The position numbers and the translations under genes are program-made. A stretch of DNA of 64,000 nucleotides from Macrostomum lignano. Lineage: Eukaryota. The notes beneath the pieces were generated by a model. The model was given only the letters and a program-made list of their open reading frames with translations. It was not told the origin of the DNA and did not search any database. Of the stretch, positions 27,673-40,800 are shown piece after piece. The DNA lies in NCBI GenBank assembly GCA_002269645.1, contig NIVC01001092.1:124001-188000 (forward strand), given 5' to 3'. The number at the start of each line of letters is the position of its first letter. Within the stretch, counting starts at the first letter, position 1.

Positions 27673-30600
27673 ATGGTAAAAATGCCATTGATCTGCATCT
27701 TGGCTGCCACGTTGGGCGTCGCCATTGCAATGAGTTCGGCTTCAGGAGCTTCAGCTGGCGCAGGCTCGGCACGAAGACCCCTGTGCGAAGCTCCTGCAAT
27801 CGGGTACGCGAGCGTGACAATCAACTCCGTCTTTCTTCGGAAAGACACTTGAGAAATAATGGTCCCTCGGGTTCACATTGAATTTATGGTTTCTGTGAAA
27901 TTGGCCCTTATGCACACTCCATATTCACACTCATATTTACACCCCATATTCACACTCCATATTCACACTCATATTCACACTCCATATTCACACCCCATAT
28001 TCACATTCCATATTCACACTCCATATTCACACCCCATATTCACATTCCATATTCACACTCCATATTCACACTCCATATTCACACCCCATATTCACACCCC
28101 ATATTCACACCCCATATTCACATTCCATATTCACACTCCATATTCACACTCCATATTCACACTCCATATTCACACCCCATATTCACACTCCATATTCACA
28201 CCCCATATTCACACTCCATATTCACACCCCATATTCACACTCCATATTCACACTCCATATTCACACTCCATATACAAATCCCATATTCACACTCCATATT
28301 CACACTCCATATTCACACCCCATATTCACACTCCATATTCACACTCATATTCACACCCCATATTCACACACATATATACACCCCATATTCACACTCCATA
28401 TTCACACCCCATATTCACACTCCATATTCACACTCCATATTCACACTCCATATTCACACTCCATATTCACACTCCATATTCACACTCCATATTCACACTC
28501 CATATTCAAATCCCATATTCACACTCCATATTCACACTCCATATTCAAATCCCATATTCACACTCCATATTCACACTCCATATTCACACTCCATATTCAC
28601 ACTCCATATTCACACTCCATATTCGCACTCCATATTCACACTCCATATTCACACCCCATATTCACACTCCATATTCACACTCCATATTCCCACTCCATAT
28701 TCAAATCCCATATTCACACCCATTATTCACACATATTCAATGGTTCTAGGTCACGGCCAAACCTAAAAAGTCTAAGCTCTGTGGTCAGCAAAATTTCCGA
28801 CAAAATTTCGGCCTTTAAGATGTTTCCAATAATCATCCCCATACAAAACTAGAAGTTCGAGCTCTCGAGACGGCTTTCTTCCCTCCGTCCGAGTGAACAC
28901 GACAGACCGACTGGCGTCTCTGCGACGCTGGATGGCGCATCGCGGAATCCACTGGTACCTGGAGACCGGCCGGGACTCCAGCCTGCTGAGAAGGACCGAA
29001 CCAGCTGATCAGTTTCTGCGCTGGCTCAGCGGCTTCTCCGGCTCCAGCGGTGCGTGGTCTGGACTCGAGTCTCGGGACGCTTGGACTCGGGTCTCGGGAC
29101 GCTTGGACTCGGGTCTCGGGGCGCTTGGACTCCGGGTCTCGGGACGCTTGGACTCGGGTCTCGGGACGCTTGGACTCCGGGTCTCGGAACGCTTGGACTC
29201 CGGGTTGGACTCGGGAATAGGGAGCCTTGGACTCGGGATTAGAAAGGCTTGGACTCGGGATTAGAAAGGCTTGGACTCGGGATTAGAAAGGCTTGGACTC
29301 GGGATTAGAAAGGCTTGGACTCGGGATTAGAAAGACTTGGACTCGGGATTAGAAAGGCTTGGACTCGGGATTAGAAAGGCTTGGACTCAGGATTAGGGAG
29401 GCTTCGACTCGGGATTAAGGAGCCTTGGACTCGGGTCTCGGGATGCTTGGACCCAGGAATTGGGATGATTAGAGATTTGGATAAAATCTGATAGCAGCAA
29501 CGGACGAATTTTCTGCAGCTAAAAAAGCTGAGCTTGACGTTCACGCGCTGGTAGCGGTGTTTACCGGCTGTCTGCAACACAGGCGCCGCTCATCGTCAAT
29601 CAATCAAGTCGGCTTGCTGAAACTCGCAAAGTGGCCCCCTCATTCACTGCCCAATTTGTCACTTCGGCAGTGCCTGTCACCCCTTCCCCTCCCAGTTGCG
29701 AGCCGGGGGTATTAGCCTTGACATTCGCCTAATCGCTTTAATTGCCCGAAGGGGAGCCGGTGCTGAAGCACGAAAACAGATGACCATTGCAAGACCGCAC
29801 TTGTGGCCTATCAACACTTTCTGGGTAATAAAAGTTTCACACTTTGCACTATTCGAAACCCGTCTGAGTTTGGCATTTCGTGAGTGTCAATATCGTTGAT
29901 ATGTCAAAATGAAGAAATTCTGAGCGCTACAGCGAATTTCATCAGCAAATTTTACGATCTTGTCGTTTCGTCCGATGTTAGACCCGGAAAAGCTTAATTA
30001 CAAAATTGTATTATTGTAGATCGGCAACTCTTAAAATGCAGATTAGCACAGATTCGCTTTTGCGTTGAATTGGGTTTTAGCGGAGACGAATCTGTTTTAT
30101 AATAACAATAATAATTGATTACACCTGCCCTAATTGGGTCAGATGTGCAACCGACAGCTCAGCCGCAGCTATTGCGCGGCGCATCTGAAGGCTGCGTACG
30201 GCTGTTCAGTCCAAGGACTGGTCGCCACGCATACCCGCAATTACCCCAGCTAATGCTGGCACCCATTTTACAACTGGGTGAACTGAAGCAATGCAGAGTT
30301 AAGACACTTAAGTGTCTTGCTCAAGGACACAAATTGTTCGGAGTGGGTCGAGAATCAGTCTTGAGTCCGACGCTCTAACCACTAGGCCACAACCCTATAG
30401 AGTGTTTAGAAAAATACACTGTCACAAAGTGAATAGGAACAACTGAAAAATTAATAGAAGCTTTCACGTCCTTATTGCGCTGGCTCACTTCAAAGTAATA
30501 TTGTGGCAAGTTGCGCGTCTGGTTAATAGTAAAATTAAGGATGTGAGCACTAGCATTTTTGGTAAGCGCCTCGCGTCAGCCTTTGCCCTGTTTCTCCGGT

Positions 30601-32506
30601 TGCATTTTTCAAGACAACACACATGCAACCTGCTCTCTTTGTGATTCGGAATCTTATACGGTAAGTTATTCACGAACTATCCGATGCTTCCGCAGGTGAG
30701 GCTCTGATTTCGCACAGCTGGGCTCGCCTGTTCACTGACAGTCGGTACGCGGTGCAGGCGGACTCCGAGCTCGACTGCTCAAACTGGCAGCTGAGCACGG
30801 ACCAAACAGTCCAGGACTGGATCTCAGAGTACTCTGGGCCGATCGTCACTCTGGCCTTCGACTCCAGCCGCATCCCCTGGACCGACTGCCCCAACGCCGA
30901 CTCCCAACGCCTGAAGCTGCTCGCCCTGCCGCCTGGCCAACCGGCCGACATTCTGTGGACGTCTGGCCGGCCGCAGCGTCAGCGGCGCACCGTCTACTCG
31001 CTGGCCAGTCGGTACACCGGCGGCATCTCCTGGCGGGAGAAGGTGGCCTCCGCCCGGCTGGCCATGGCAGCGAGAGGAGCCGTCGCTCTGTCCGTCACGG
31101 CCCTGGACGAGGTCGCCTACCTGCTGAACCTGCGCGCTACCGTGGTGGCCGGCCAGCCCTACTTCCGAGGCGTCGTACTGCTGCTGCGGAACTCCACCAG
31201 CCCGATTGTGTTTCTGGACAGTGGCGTCCTTGCCAACCCGGCCGTTCGGCGCCACCTTCAAGGAGCCACTGTGCGCGACCTGTCTGAGCTGGCAGCATTC
31301 GCCGACTCGGCGAAGTTTGGTGGCAGCTCCGCAAATCGCCTCTGGGTCTCCAGAGTGCACGCGTCTCTCGCAACCGTGGCGACTCTTCTGGGCCCGTCGA
31401 CGGACCCGCTGAACCGTTCGGCCGTGGAGAACGTCATCCCGTATCGCACCCCGATTTACTATGCCAAGTCGGTTAAATTCACTTTAGAGCGCATTGAGTT
31501 TGCCGCCTGCAGCCTGCTAGACTCGGCCGCTCTGGTGGCAGCGCTGAGCGACCTCGAACGGCTGGTGGCCGCTCGCCAGCCGGTAACGGAGCTGTCGGTT
31601 GCCAGTTTAGTTGACGCGCATCGGGAGCGGCTGCCCAACTACCGCGGCCGGAGCTTCGCCACCATTTCAGCTGTCGGGTCGCACGCGGCTCTCGCTCACT
31701 ACGTGCCGAGGCCAGAAACTGATAAGCGGCTGGAGCCCAGCGCCAGCGGCCCGGACTCGATGCTGCTACTGGACTCCGGTGGCCAGTACCTCGGCTGCAC
31801 CACGGACATCACGCGCACGTTGTATTACGGACTCAAGAATCCGGCGCCGGAGCTGCGAGATGTCTACACCCGCGTGCTGATGGGAGTCATCGATTTACTA
31901 AGCCTGACGTGGCCAGCTGACACTCCCAGCACATTCCTGGACCCCTTCGCCAGACAGCATCTCTGGCTAGCCGGTCTGAACTACGGCCACTCCACCGGTC
32001 ATGGAATCGGCAACTTTCTGGGCGTGCACGAGGGCCCCAACAGTATCCCCAGCTTCCGAAGGCTGACCGAAGGTAACTTCCAGTCTGTTGAGCCCGGCTA
32101 CTACAGGCCCGCTTCGCTTGGCGTCCGAGGCTTCGGCATCCGCTTGGAGACAATCACCGGAGTAAAGGCCTGGGCCGAAAAATCACCGGCGACAATTGAT
32201 GATCCGAAAAAATTGTTTCTCTGTATGCATCCGGTGACGTGGGTGCCCTATGATCGGCGTCTGATCGAGCCCGCCTTAATGAACCGGCGCCAGCTGAGCT
32301 GGCTGAACTGGTACCACGCCGAGTGCAGGAAGCGGTTGGCAGAGCCGCTGTCTCAAATTGGACAGGCTGAGCTGGCCGAGGAGTATCTGTCTCTGGCTAC
32401 CCAGCCAATCAGTAAGACTGAGTCGGCAGCTATGCTTGCCCAAGGAAGCGTACATATCATTGCATCTGCTTTAGTTATAGTTGGAGTAGTGGTGTACAAG
32501 TTTTGA
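27673..32506 (+). CDS. XPNPEP2: Xaa-Pro aminopeptidase (M24B), secreted and probably GPI-anchored, XPNPEP2-like. Exons 27673-27803, 28853-29049, 30696-32506
   Basis: Signal-peptide-like MPLICILAATLGVAIA; VNTTDRLASLRRWM...WLSGFSGSSG/...LFTDSRYAVQA; metal ligands LLDSGGQYLGCTTDITRT, GHSTGHGIG...VHEGP, EPGYY, GIRLE; C-terminal small residues plus hydrophobic tail. Splice phases consistent. Orthology to XPNPEP2 is by topology only. Confidence 0.88.
27912..28737. repeat. 13-bp minisatellite (CCATATTCACACT)n, XPNPEP intron 1
   Basis: Direct tandem array. Confidence 0.95.
29058..29470. repeat. 22-bp minisatellite (GGACTCGGGTCTCGGGACGCTT -> GGACTCGGGATTAGAAAGGCTT)n, XPNPEP intron 2
   Basis: Starts ~10 bp after the donor, and the unit changes along the array. 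Confidence 0.9.
30090..30395 (-). mobile_element. tRNA-derived CORE-like SINE family 2, copy B
   Basis: Minus strand GGGTTGTGGCCTAGTGGTTAGAGCG head and TGTCCTTGAGCAAGACACTTAA...CACCCAGTTGTAAAATGGGT core, matches 8500-8692. Confidence 0.8.
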
Positions 32507-34893
32507 CCTTGTAACTCAAATTTAGGGAGCAAATAAATTATAGGATCTTGTACAATCTTGTACGAAACTGATTTAGTAACGACTTTGATCCAGTACTATT
32601 ATGTCTAGTTATTGATATATTCAAAGGGAACTTAATTTACAGTAATTTCGACTATAATTTCAATAACTTTCGACTATTTAATAGAAAAAAACAAACTCAT
32701 TTTTAGTAGACACTAGCAATAGTTGACCCCCCTTCGGGGAGAGTATTTAGTACAGTTATTTATCGCAATTGATTAACTAATATTCATAATAATCTCTCTT
32801 ATTCACCGTATCTATAATTCAATATCTCAATAATTCAATATGAATATTCATAAATCAATTTTTATATTCATTCTTATTCATAGGTCTCATTCATTTAGTC
32901 ATTAATATTTTATTACACTACAATACACCACAGAAAGAAAGAACTCAAGCTATCTCCATTACAGAATAGAGGATCGAAAAGTAAGAAGGAGAATGTTGGC
33001 TATAGACAATTATAGCAATTTTAGCCCCCCTCCGGGGAGATGCTCAGGTTCAGAGCAATGAATTGATTATATTATTTATTTGAAAACAATAGTTATTTTT
33101 TTTGTATTATTCTCTTATTTTTTACTGAATCAGATGCATACAGCGTTTATTGTATTATTTTTTTTAGTATCAACAATCAATCAGAATTATTATCGGAATA
33201 ACATTGCTGCTTCTGCAACACCCAACCCCGGAGATTGACAGTGTGCACTTTATTGTTATTAAACTTAGCAGCTGCAACACCCAACACCAGAGATTGACTG
33301 TGTTGCTTTATCAATGACAATTCTTTTTAATCGTCCTCATTGATAGTAGAATGCGACGGTCCAGCGATTGGAGTAGACTCCATTTGGCCCAGTGACACTT
33401 CGCCTCCGCGTTTGTCTCGCGAAAAAATAATTTCGTCGTCTCCGCAGCGTACTTGCATTATTTGTACATTGCGGAATGATGCGAACATTTCAGGAGAGCA
33501 CTGGAACACAAATGTGTCCCTCCGAACTTCCTGGTAATTGCTAATGATGATGCGTAGGATTTTTGGATATTTGTGTGTAACATAGTATAAGAAAAGCAGA
33601 AAAAATATTTACGCCCTCAATTTTCATTGGATTGAAACTTAAAGCCAAATTTGCAACATTAATTGTCTATGGAACGTCATGCAGAAATGAAGATTTACAC
33701 TGGCAACTGGCATCAACTTTTTTTAGAGACTACTCGACATATCAAGTCTTAATTGCCTTACTACGCTAATTAGCATTGACATCTTATTACTCTCCGGACT
33801 AGACGTTAACTCTTTGTTTAAGTGGACAGCTTTTTGCACCATAATATGGAATAGAATATACTAAAAATGATTTAAAGGCCTGAGATATAATTAGTATAAT
33901 TGGATTTTTAATTGGTACGTATTTTAAATACACGATTAGACTATATAGCGCTGTTGAAGTCTCGTCATTTTAAATTGCTTCGTTTGCTCGTATTAAATTT
34001 CATTATCCGGAAAAGAACAACTAAAATGTATGTTTTGTTAAGTGTGTAAGTGTTTAAATGTTAATGATTTTTATTTATGACAGTTATTCTAAGTTAAATT
34101 GTTTATTTTAAACAATAATTTTTGCTCATTGACAGGTGTTCTGTAAAGCTCACTCACTAAAGCTCTGTAAAGCTCACTTCATTATTCTGAATCCCAAACT
34201 TTTGACAGCGTGCAACTTAAATTTGCACTAAGTCATTAGTGATATTAAAATCAAAACAAAACTATAAGTAAGGATTAATATTTTAAATTTCCTTGAATAC
34301 ACTGGCTAAGCTTGTACAGAGCAGCAAGTAACGTTCGACACATGTGAATGATATAAATTTTTGATTTCCCTTTTGCTTTAGGTTTTATATCTACCATAGT
34401 TTTGCACAAAATTGTGCTTTTTGTTTTGCACAAGTTTTGCAAAAAAAAATCATTAAAAAAATCGAAAAGAAAAATGAATTAAAATTTTTTATATTATATT
34501 TTCCAGTCAAACAGTTGTAACTTGGAATATATACAAATTAAAAATGATTAACAATTATTTTTAAAATGGATAAATGAATAATTAAAATGAACCTGGTTTG
34601 ATTTGTTTTGTGGCTATTTGTATCTATTTCTATATAGCTTGAAGAAAGACAGAGATTGCTTAAATATCTATATTTTATGTATTGCCTGCTGAACATTTTT
34701 GCTACTCATAAGAAAGTGTACTTTGAGCATATACATAAATGTTTAAAAAATATATAATTCAAGTTTAAGATAAAAAATGAATGTTTAGAATTTTGGAAAA
34801 AGTTGTATGGCTTTTTGTTAAGCTAACTAAAATTAAAGATTCAATAGTAAATATAAAATAGTAAACTTATAATAAATTCGTTACTGCAGCCTG

Positions 34894-37800
34894 ATGAGAA
34901 TGTCATCAGATGCTGAAATGCGGCCAATGGCAGCTGGCGAGAAGACGCCGCTTCTTCCAGCCGGGCCAAGCCACACCGCCGACTACAGCGTGCTGCGCAT
35001 TGAGAATGCTTCCCGGCCGGGCGGCAGCAGCCCCAGGGCTGCCAGCCTGCACCGCCGCCGGTCCAAGAGCTTCTCGGATCTGGAGGCAGTCATGGACCAG
35101 CTGCAGGCCAAGTCCGCTCGCTCTCAGCAGCAGCAGCAGCAGCAGCAGCAGCCGGGCATTACCGAGGAGGGAGTCGACGGCGGCTCTGGAAGCGTCTGCG
35201 CTGACGAATCAGAGCACCGGCCGCCGCGGTCGCGCCTGTACTACGCCAAGGTTGGCATCATCTTCGCCATTGTGCTCGTCTCCTGCGTGGGTAGCGCAAA
35301 CAGCTTATTCACAATATTCACGCCTCGCCATAACTTCACAAAGCAAGATAAGCATGCACCAAAATATCATCTCTCTTAAACCGCAGACCATCATAGCGGC
35401 AACGCCAGAGAAGGAGAGCCTCTTTCACCTGTACACTGTGAGCAGCGAGAGGTCGCCTTGTAAGTAGTGCATGCTGTTCTTTTTGCATTGGACTTAAGGA
35501 AGGCAGGGGTCGGCAAACTTTGTTTACCTCACGGGGTAAAGGAAAGGAGAGAGGAGAGGGAGGAGATAGATTAGAGAAGAGAGCTGAGAAGAGACACAAA
35601 CCATGAGCGGGCCGGATTGCTATTGTGAAGTTTCAAAGGATCCGAGGGCCGGATAGAGAATCTTTGCGGGCCGGAGTTTGCCGACTCCTGCACTCCTAAA
35701 GTATAAAAAATCAGATTCGTTCTAAATGCTGATCTAAAGAAATGCTTGAAATTTCTTCCTAGCCATCAACGTGACCCCGTCGATTAATTTCTACTCCGTG
35801 GTGCTGGTGAAGCTCAGAGGCGCTCTGTTGTACACACCGACTGAGACGTCCACCAACATCACGGTCACTGTGGACGAGGTGTTTAGCGCTGAGAACATGT
35901 CGCAGTCTCTGGTGAGCCCTGCAGCAGTGAGGGGGGTATTTCAAGTAGCTAACAGTTTTTGCGCTTGATCCTTAGTCCTAAGATCCTTAGCTACCGCCTC
36001 CATTTCCTGGAAAGACGTCAATAGCAATAGCTAATGTTTTGCCCATCAAAAAACCGCAGGTTTGGACTGTGCCAATTGCGCCCGTAGTAGAAAATGAAGT
36101 CTCCGAGGAAATTGTTCGGGAACGCTACTTTCCGCTTAACCACACCGCGTGAGTCTTCATGTGAAGATATATGTTTTTTTCTGATTTTAATGCTCATCAG
36201 TACAGACATTAAAAACCCAACGTCACTACATTGCGAATGTACCTGATTGACCACCATCCAGCACCCCATAGACAACGTACAGTACATCAAATCAATCCTT
36301 TATCCACTACCCCTAGACATTGTACATCCAATCGACCCTTCACCCACCGCCCCATAGACAATGTACATCAAATCAAACCTACACCCACCGCCCCATAGAC
36401 AATGTACATCAAATCAAACCTACACCCACCGTCTCATAGACAATGTACATCAAATCAAACCTACACCCACCGCCCCATAGACAATGTACATCAAATCAAA
36501 CCTACACCCACCGCCCCATAGACAATGTACATCAAATCAAACCTACACCCACCGCCCCATAGACAATGTACATCAAATCAAACCTACACCCACCGTCTCA
36601 TAGACAATGTACATCAAATCAAACCTACACCCACCGCCCCATAGACAATGTACATCAAATCAAACCTACACCCACCGCCCCATAGACAATGTACATCAAA
36701 TCAAACCTACACCCACCGCCCCATAGACAATGTACATCAAATCAAACCTACACCCACCGTCTCATAGACAATGTACATCAAATCAAACCTACACCCACCG
36801 TCTCATAGACAATGTACATCAAATCAAACCTACACCCACCGTCTCATAGACAATGTAAATCAAATCAAACCTACACCCACCGTCTCATAGACAATGTACG
36901 AGTACATCCAATCAACCCTGCACTCAACTTACATTAAAACCCACCCTATTCTCTACCCAGTCAAAAAGGCAGCGCCAAGCTCAGCATCCGTGTTCGCACA
37001 AACTACGAGCATTCGCTTCCCCTAGCCGTGTCCTACGAGACCCTCACCAATGCCGTTTATAACGAAGTGATTTACGCTGCCCTAGTTCTGGCATTCGTGT
37101 ACGCGCTAATCATATTCGAGCTGGTGCACCGGTCCCTGGCCGCCATGCTGGGCTCGCTCATGAGCGTGGCCGTGCTGGCTTTAGTAAACAGGCGGCCCAG
37201 CCTCATAGAGGTCATCGCCTGGCTCGACTTTGAGACTCTCAGCCTACTATTTGGCATGATGGTCATGGTTGGCATCTTCTCGGAGTCCGGCTTCTTCGAC
37301 TGGGTGGCGGTGCTGGCATTCCGGCTGGCCAAGGGCCGTACAATGGCGCTGGTGACGCTGCTGTGCCTGTTCGCTGCAGTGATCTCCGCCTTCTTGGACA
37401 ATGTCACCACCATCCTGCTGATGGCGCCGGTCACCATTAGACTGTGCGAGGTGCTCAGACTGGATCCTAGACAGCTGCTCATAGCTCAGGTTAGGCGAAT
37501 GGAACGCAACCAGTGCCTTTCATGAATGCTATCGCTAGATTACTTAAATATCTAAATATAGCTTGCAAAGAGGGTGATCGGTTCAATGCGGCAAATCAAG
37601 GCCCCCTTGAAAACGTTACTATGACAAGAATCGCTAAAGAGTCATTGCTAACAAACAACTCACTAGTGACTCTAGCGGCTCTGGAGCGACTCTCGTACTA
37701 TTTTGTATTTTACCTGTGTTAACTGCAACGACTCTGGGGTGACACAAGGGACTCTGTGACGCGCTTTTTGGCCTATAGGTAGTCTGATCAACAGAAGTTG

Positions 37801-40800
37801 CAGAAGTCTGCAGAGTCCATGTTTACAGATTACTCAAATTTGTCATTGATCGAATTCTTGATCGAGAATTTTCTTGATACTGTACTTATAGTAGAAATAT
37901 AAGGAAATACGTTAACAATAAGTCTATGAAAATATGTTCAACACATGCGCTGTCCTAGTAAAAACAACAGGTCCTAGTTCCTAGAGCGATAATGATTTCC
38001 TCTGCACAATCAGGTGATGTTCTCTAACGTTGGCGGCACAGCCACAGCGGTCGGCGATCCGCCAAACGTGATCATCGCCTCGAATGCCGAGCTGGCGGAG
38101 CAGGGCGTCACGTTCACCAACTTCACGGTGCACATGACTCTGGGCATCGTGTTCATCACCGTGGCCGCCTACGCCCTCCTCCGCCTGGTTTACTGGCGCC
38201 AGGACCTCGAGTCCAACGAGGACCCGTGGCCGCCGAGATCCGGCGCGAAGTTGAAGTCTGGCGTCGGACAGCCTACGGTTTCGCCGTGACCACCAGCGAG
38301 CAGGCGGCGGTGAAGGCGCTGCTGCAGGCCAAGATCTGCGAGCTGGAGCACCGCCTGGCCGTGCACCGGGTGACCGCCACGGCTGACAAGCCATTTGAGC
38401 AGACCCTCGCCGAGCTGCAGCAGAAGGTTAGGCTCAGAGCTGCTTCTTTTATGCGCATTTCTTTTGGCTTTGTATCTGCTGTACAGGTGGCAATTCTTAC
38501 TGTAGATCGAAGCACAGCATTGCGCCCACTGTTTCATGCCGCATCACTTGACAGCATCATACATCATCACTTGACAGCATCATACAGCATCACTTGACAG
38601 CATCACTTGACAGCATCACTTGACAGCATCATGCAGCATCACTTGACAGCATTATACAGCATCCCTTGACAGCATCATACAGCATCACTTGACAGCATCA
38701 CTTGACAGCATCACTTGACAGCATCACTTGACAGCATCACTTGACAGCATCACTTGACAGCATCACTTGACAGCATCATACAGCATCACTTGACAGCATC
38801 ACTTGACAGCATCACTTGACAGCATCACTTGACAGCATCACTTGACAGCATCCCTTGACAGCATCATACAGCATCATACAGCATCACTTGACAGCATCAC
38901 AGCATCACAGCATCACTTGACAGCATCACTTGACAGCATCACTTGACAGCATCACTTGACAGCATCATACAGCATCACTTGACAGCATCATACATCATCA
39001 CTTGACAGCATCATACAGCATCCCTTATCAGCATCACTTGACAGCATCACTTGACAGCATCATGCAGCATCACTTGACAGCATTATACAGCATCCCTTGA
39101 CAGCATCATACAGCATCACTTGACAGCATCACTTGACAGCATCACTTGACAGCATCCCTTGACAGCATCATACAGCATCATACAGCATCATACAGCATCA
39201 CTTGACAGCATCACAGCATCACAGCATCACTTGACAGCATCACAGCATCACTTGACAGCATCACTTGACAGCATCACTTGACAGCATCACTTGACAGCAT
39301 CACTTGACAGCATCACTTGACAGCATCATACAGCATCACTTGACAGCATCACTTGACAGCATCACTTGACAGCATCACTTGACAGCATCACTTGACAGCA
39401 TCCCTTGACAGCATCATACAGCATCATACAGCATCACTTGACAGCATCACAGCATCACAGCATCACTTGACAGCATCACTTGACAGCATCACTTGACAGC
39501 ATCACTTGACAGCATCACTTGACAGCATCATACAGCATCACTTGACAGCATCATACAGCATCACTTGACAGCATCACTTGACAGCATCACTTGACAGCAT
39601 CACTTGACAGCATCATACAGCATCACTTGACAGCATCATACAGCATCACTTGACAGCATCACTTGACAGCATCATACAGCATCACTTGACAGCATCATAC
39701 AGCATCACTTGACAGCATCATACAGCATCCCTTGACAGCATCATACAGCATCCCTTGACAGCATCATACAGCATCCCTTGACAGCATAATACAGCATCAC
39801 TTGACAGCATCATACAGAATTAAAAAATCGCATGGAAATGACCAATTGTACATTTGGCCAGAAAACAAAAGGGTGTCACGTGATGCAATGTACATCTTAA
39901 ATTAATACTTTATTGAAATTCTACAAACCTATCCTACATGCATTGAACTTGGTCAGTACGGCATCAAGGACAAGGAGCTGCTGGTTAAGTGTTCCATTGT
40001 CCTATCAGCTGTAATTGTCTTATTTTTCCTGTCTTCAACCGTGGATGCCCTGCACTTGGATCTTGGTATGGCAACCTGTTATTATCTAAAACTGACTGAT
40101 TTCAGCATTGATTATTGACCTGTGATTTGGTCTAATTGAGCTGTTGTAGCCACTTGGTACATCAATAAATGATTTTCTAATTTTTAATTTTTTACACCTC
40201 TGCAGGATTTTATAATTATGTAGTTCTGTGAAATTCAGGATACTTTTTTATATCAAATATTGCAGATTGGCAGATTTAAAAGATTTGCAGATATCGCAGA
40301 TTGGCAGATATCGCAGATTGGCAGATATCGCAGATTGACAGAATGGCAGATATCGCAGATTGGCAGATATCGCAGATCGGCAGATATCGCAGATTGGCAG
40401 ATATCGCAGATTGGCAGATTGGCAGATATCGCAAATTAGTAGATATCGCAGATTGTCAATCGTCAACAAAATTGGCAGGCTGGATCGCCGTGATGGGCGG
40501 CATCGCCCTGCTGGTGCTGACAGACTTCGCAGACATGGACACCCTGCTGCATCGCATTGAGTGGAGCACTTTGATCTTCTTTGCCGCCCTGTTCGCCCTG
40601 ATGGAGGCCCTGCGCGAACTCCGCCTAGTCACTTGGATTGGAGACCAGATGAAGCTTGTGATTCTGGCCCTGCCCGAGTCCTCCCAGCTGCCTGTCGCCA
40701 TCCTCATCGTCCTGTGGGTGAGCGCGCTGGCCTCCGCCTTCATCGACAACATCCCGTTCACTACGGCGATGATCCCCATCATCCTGGAGCTGGCTGACGT

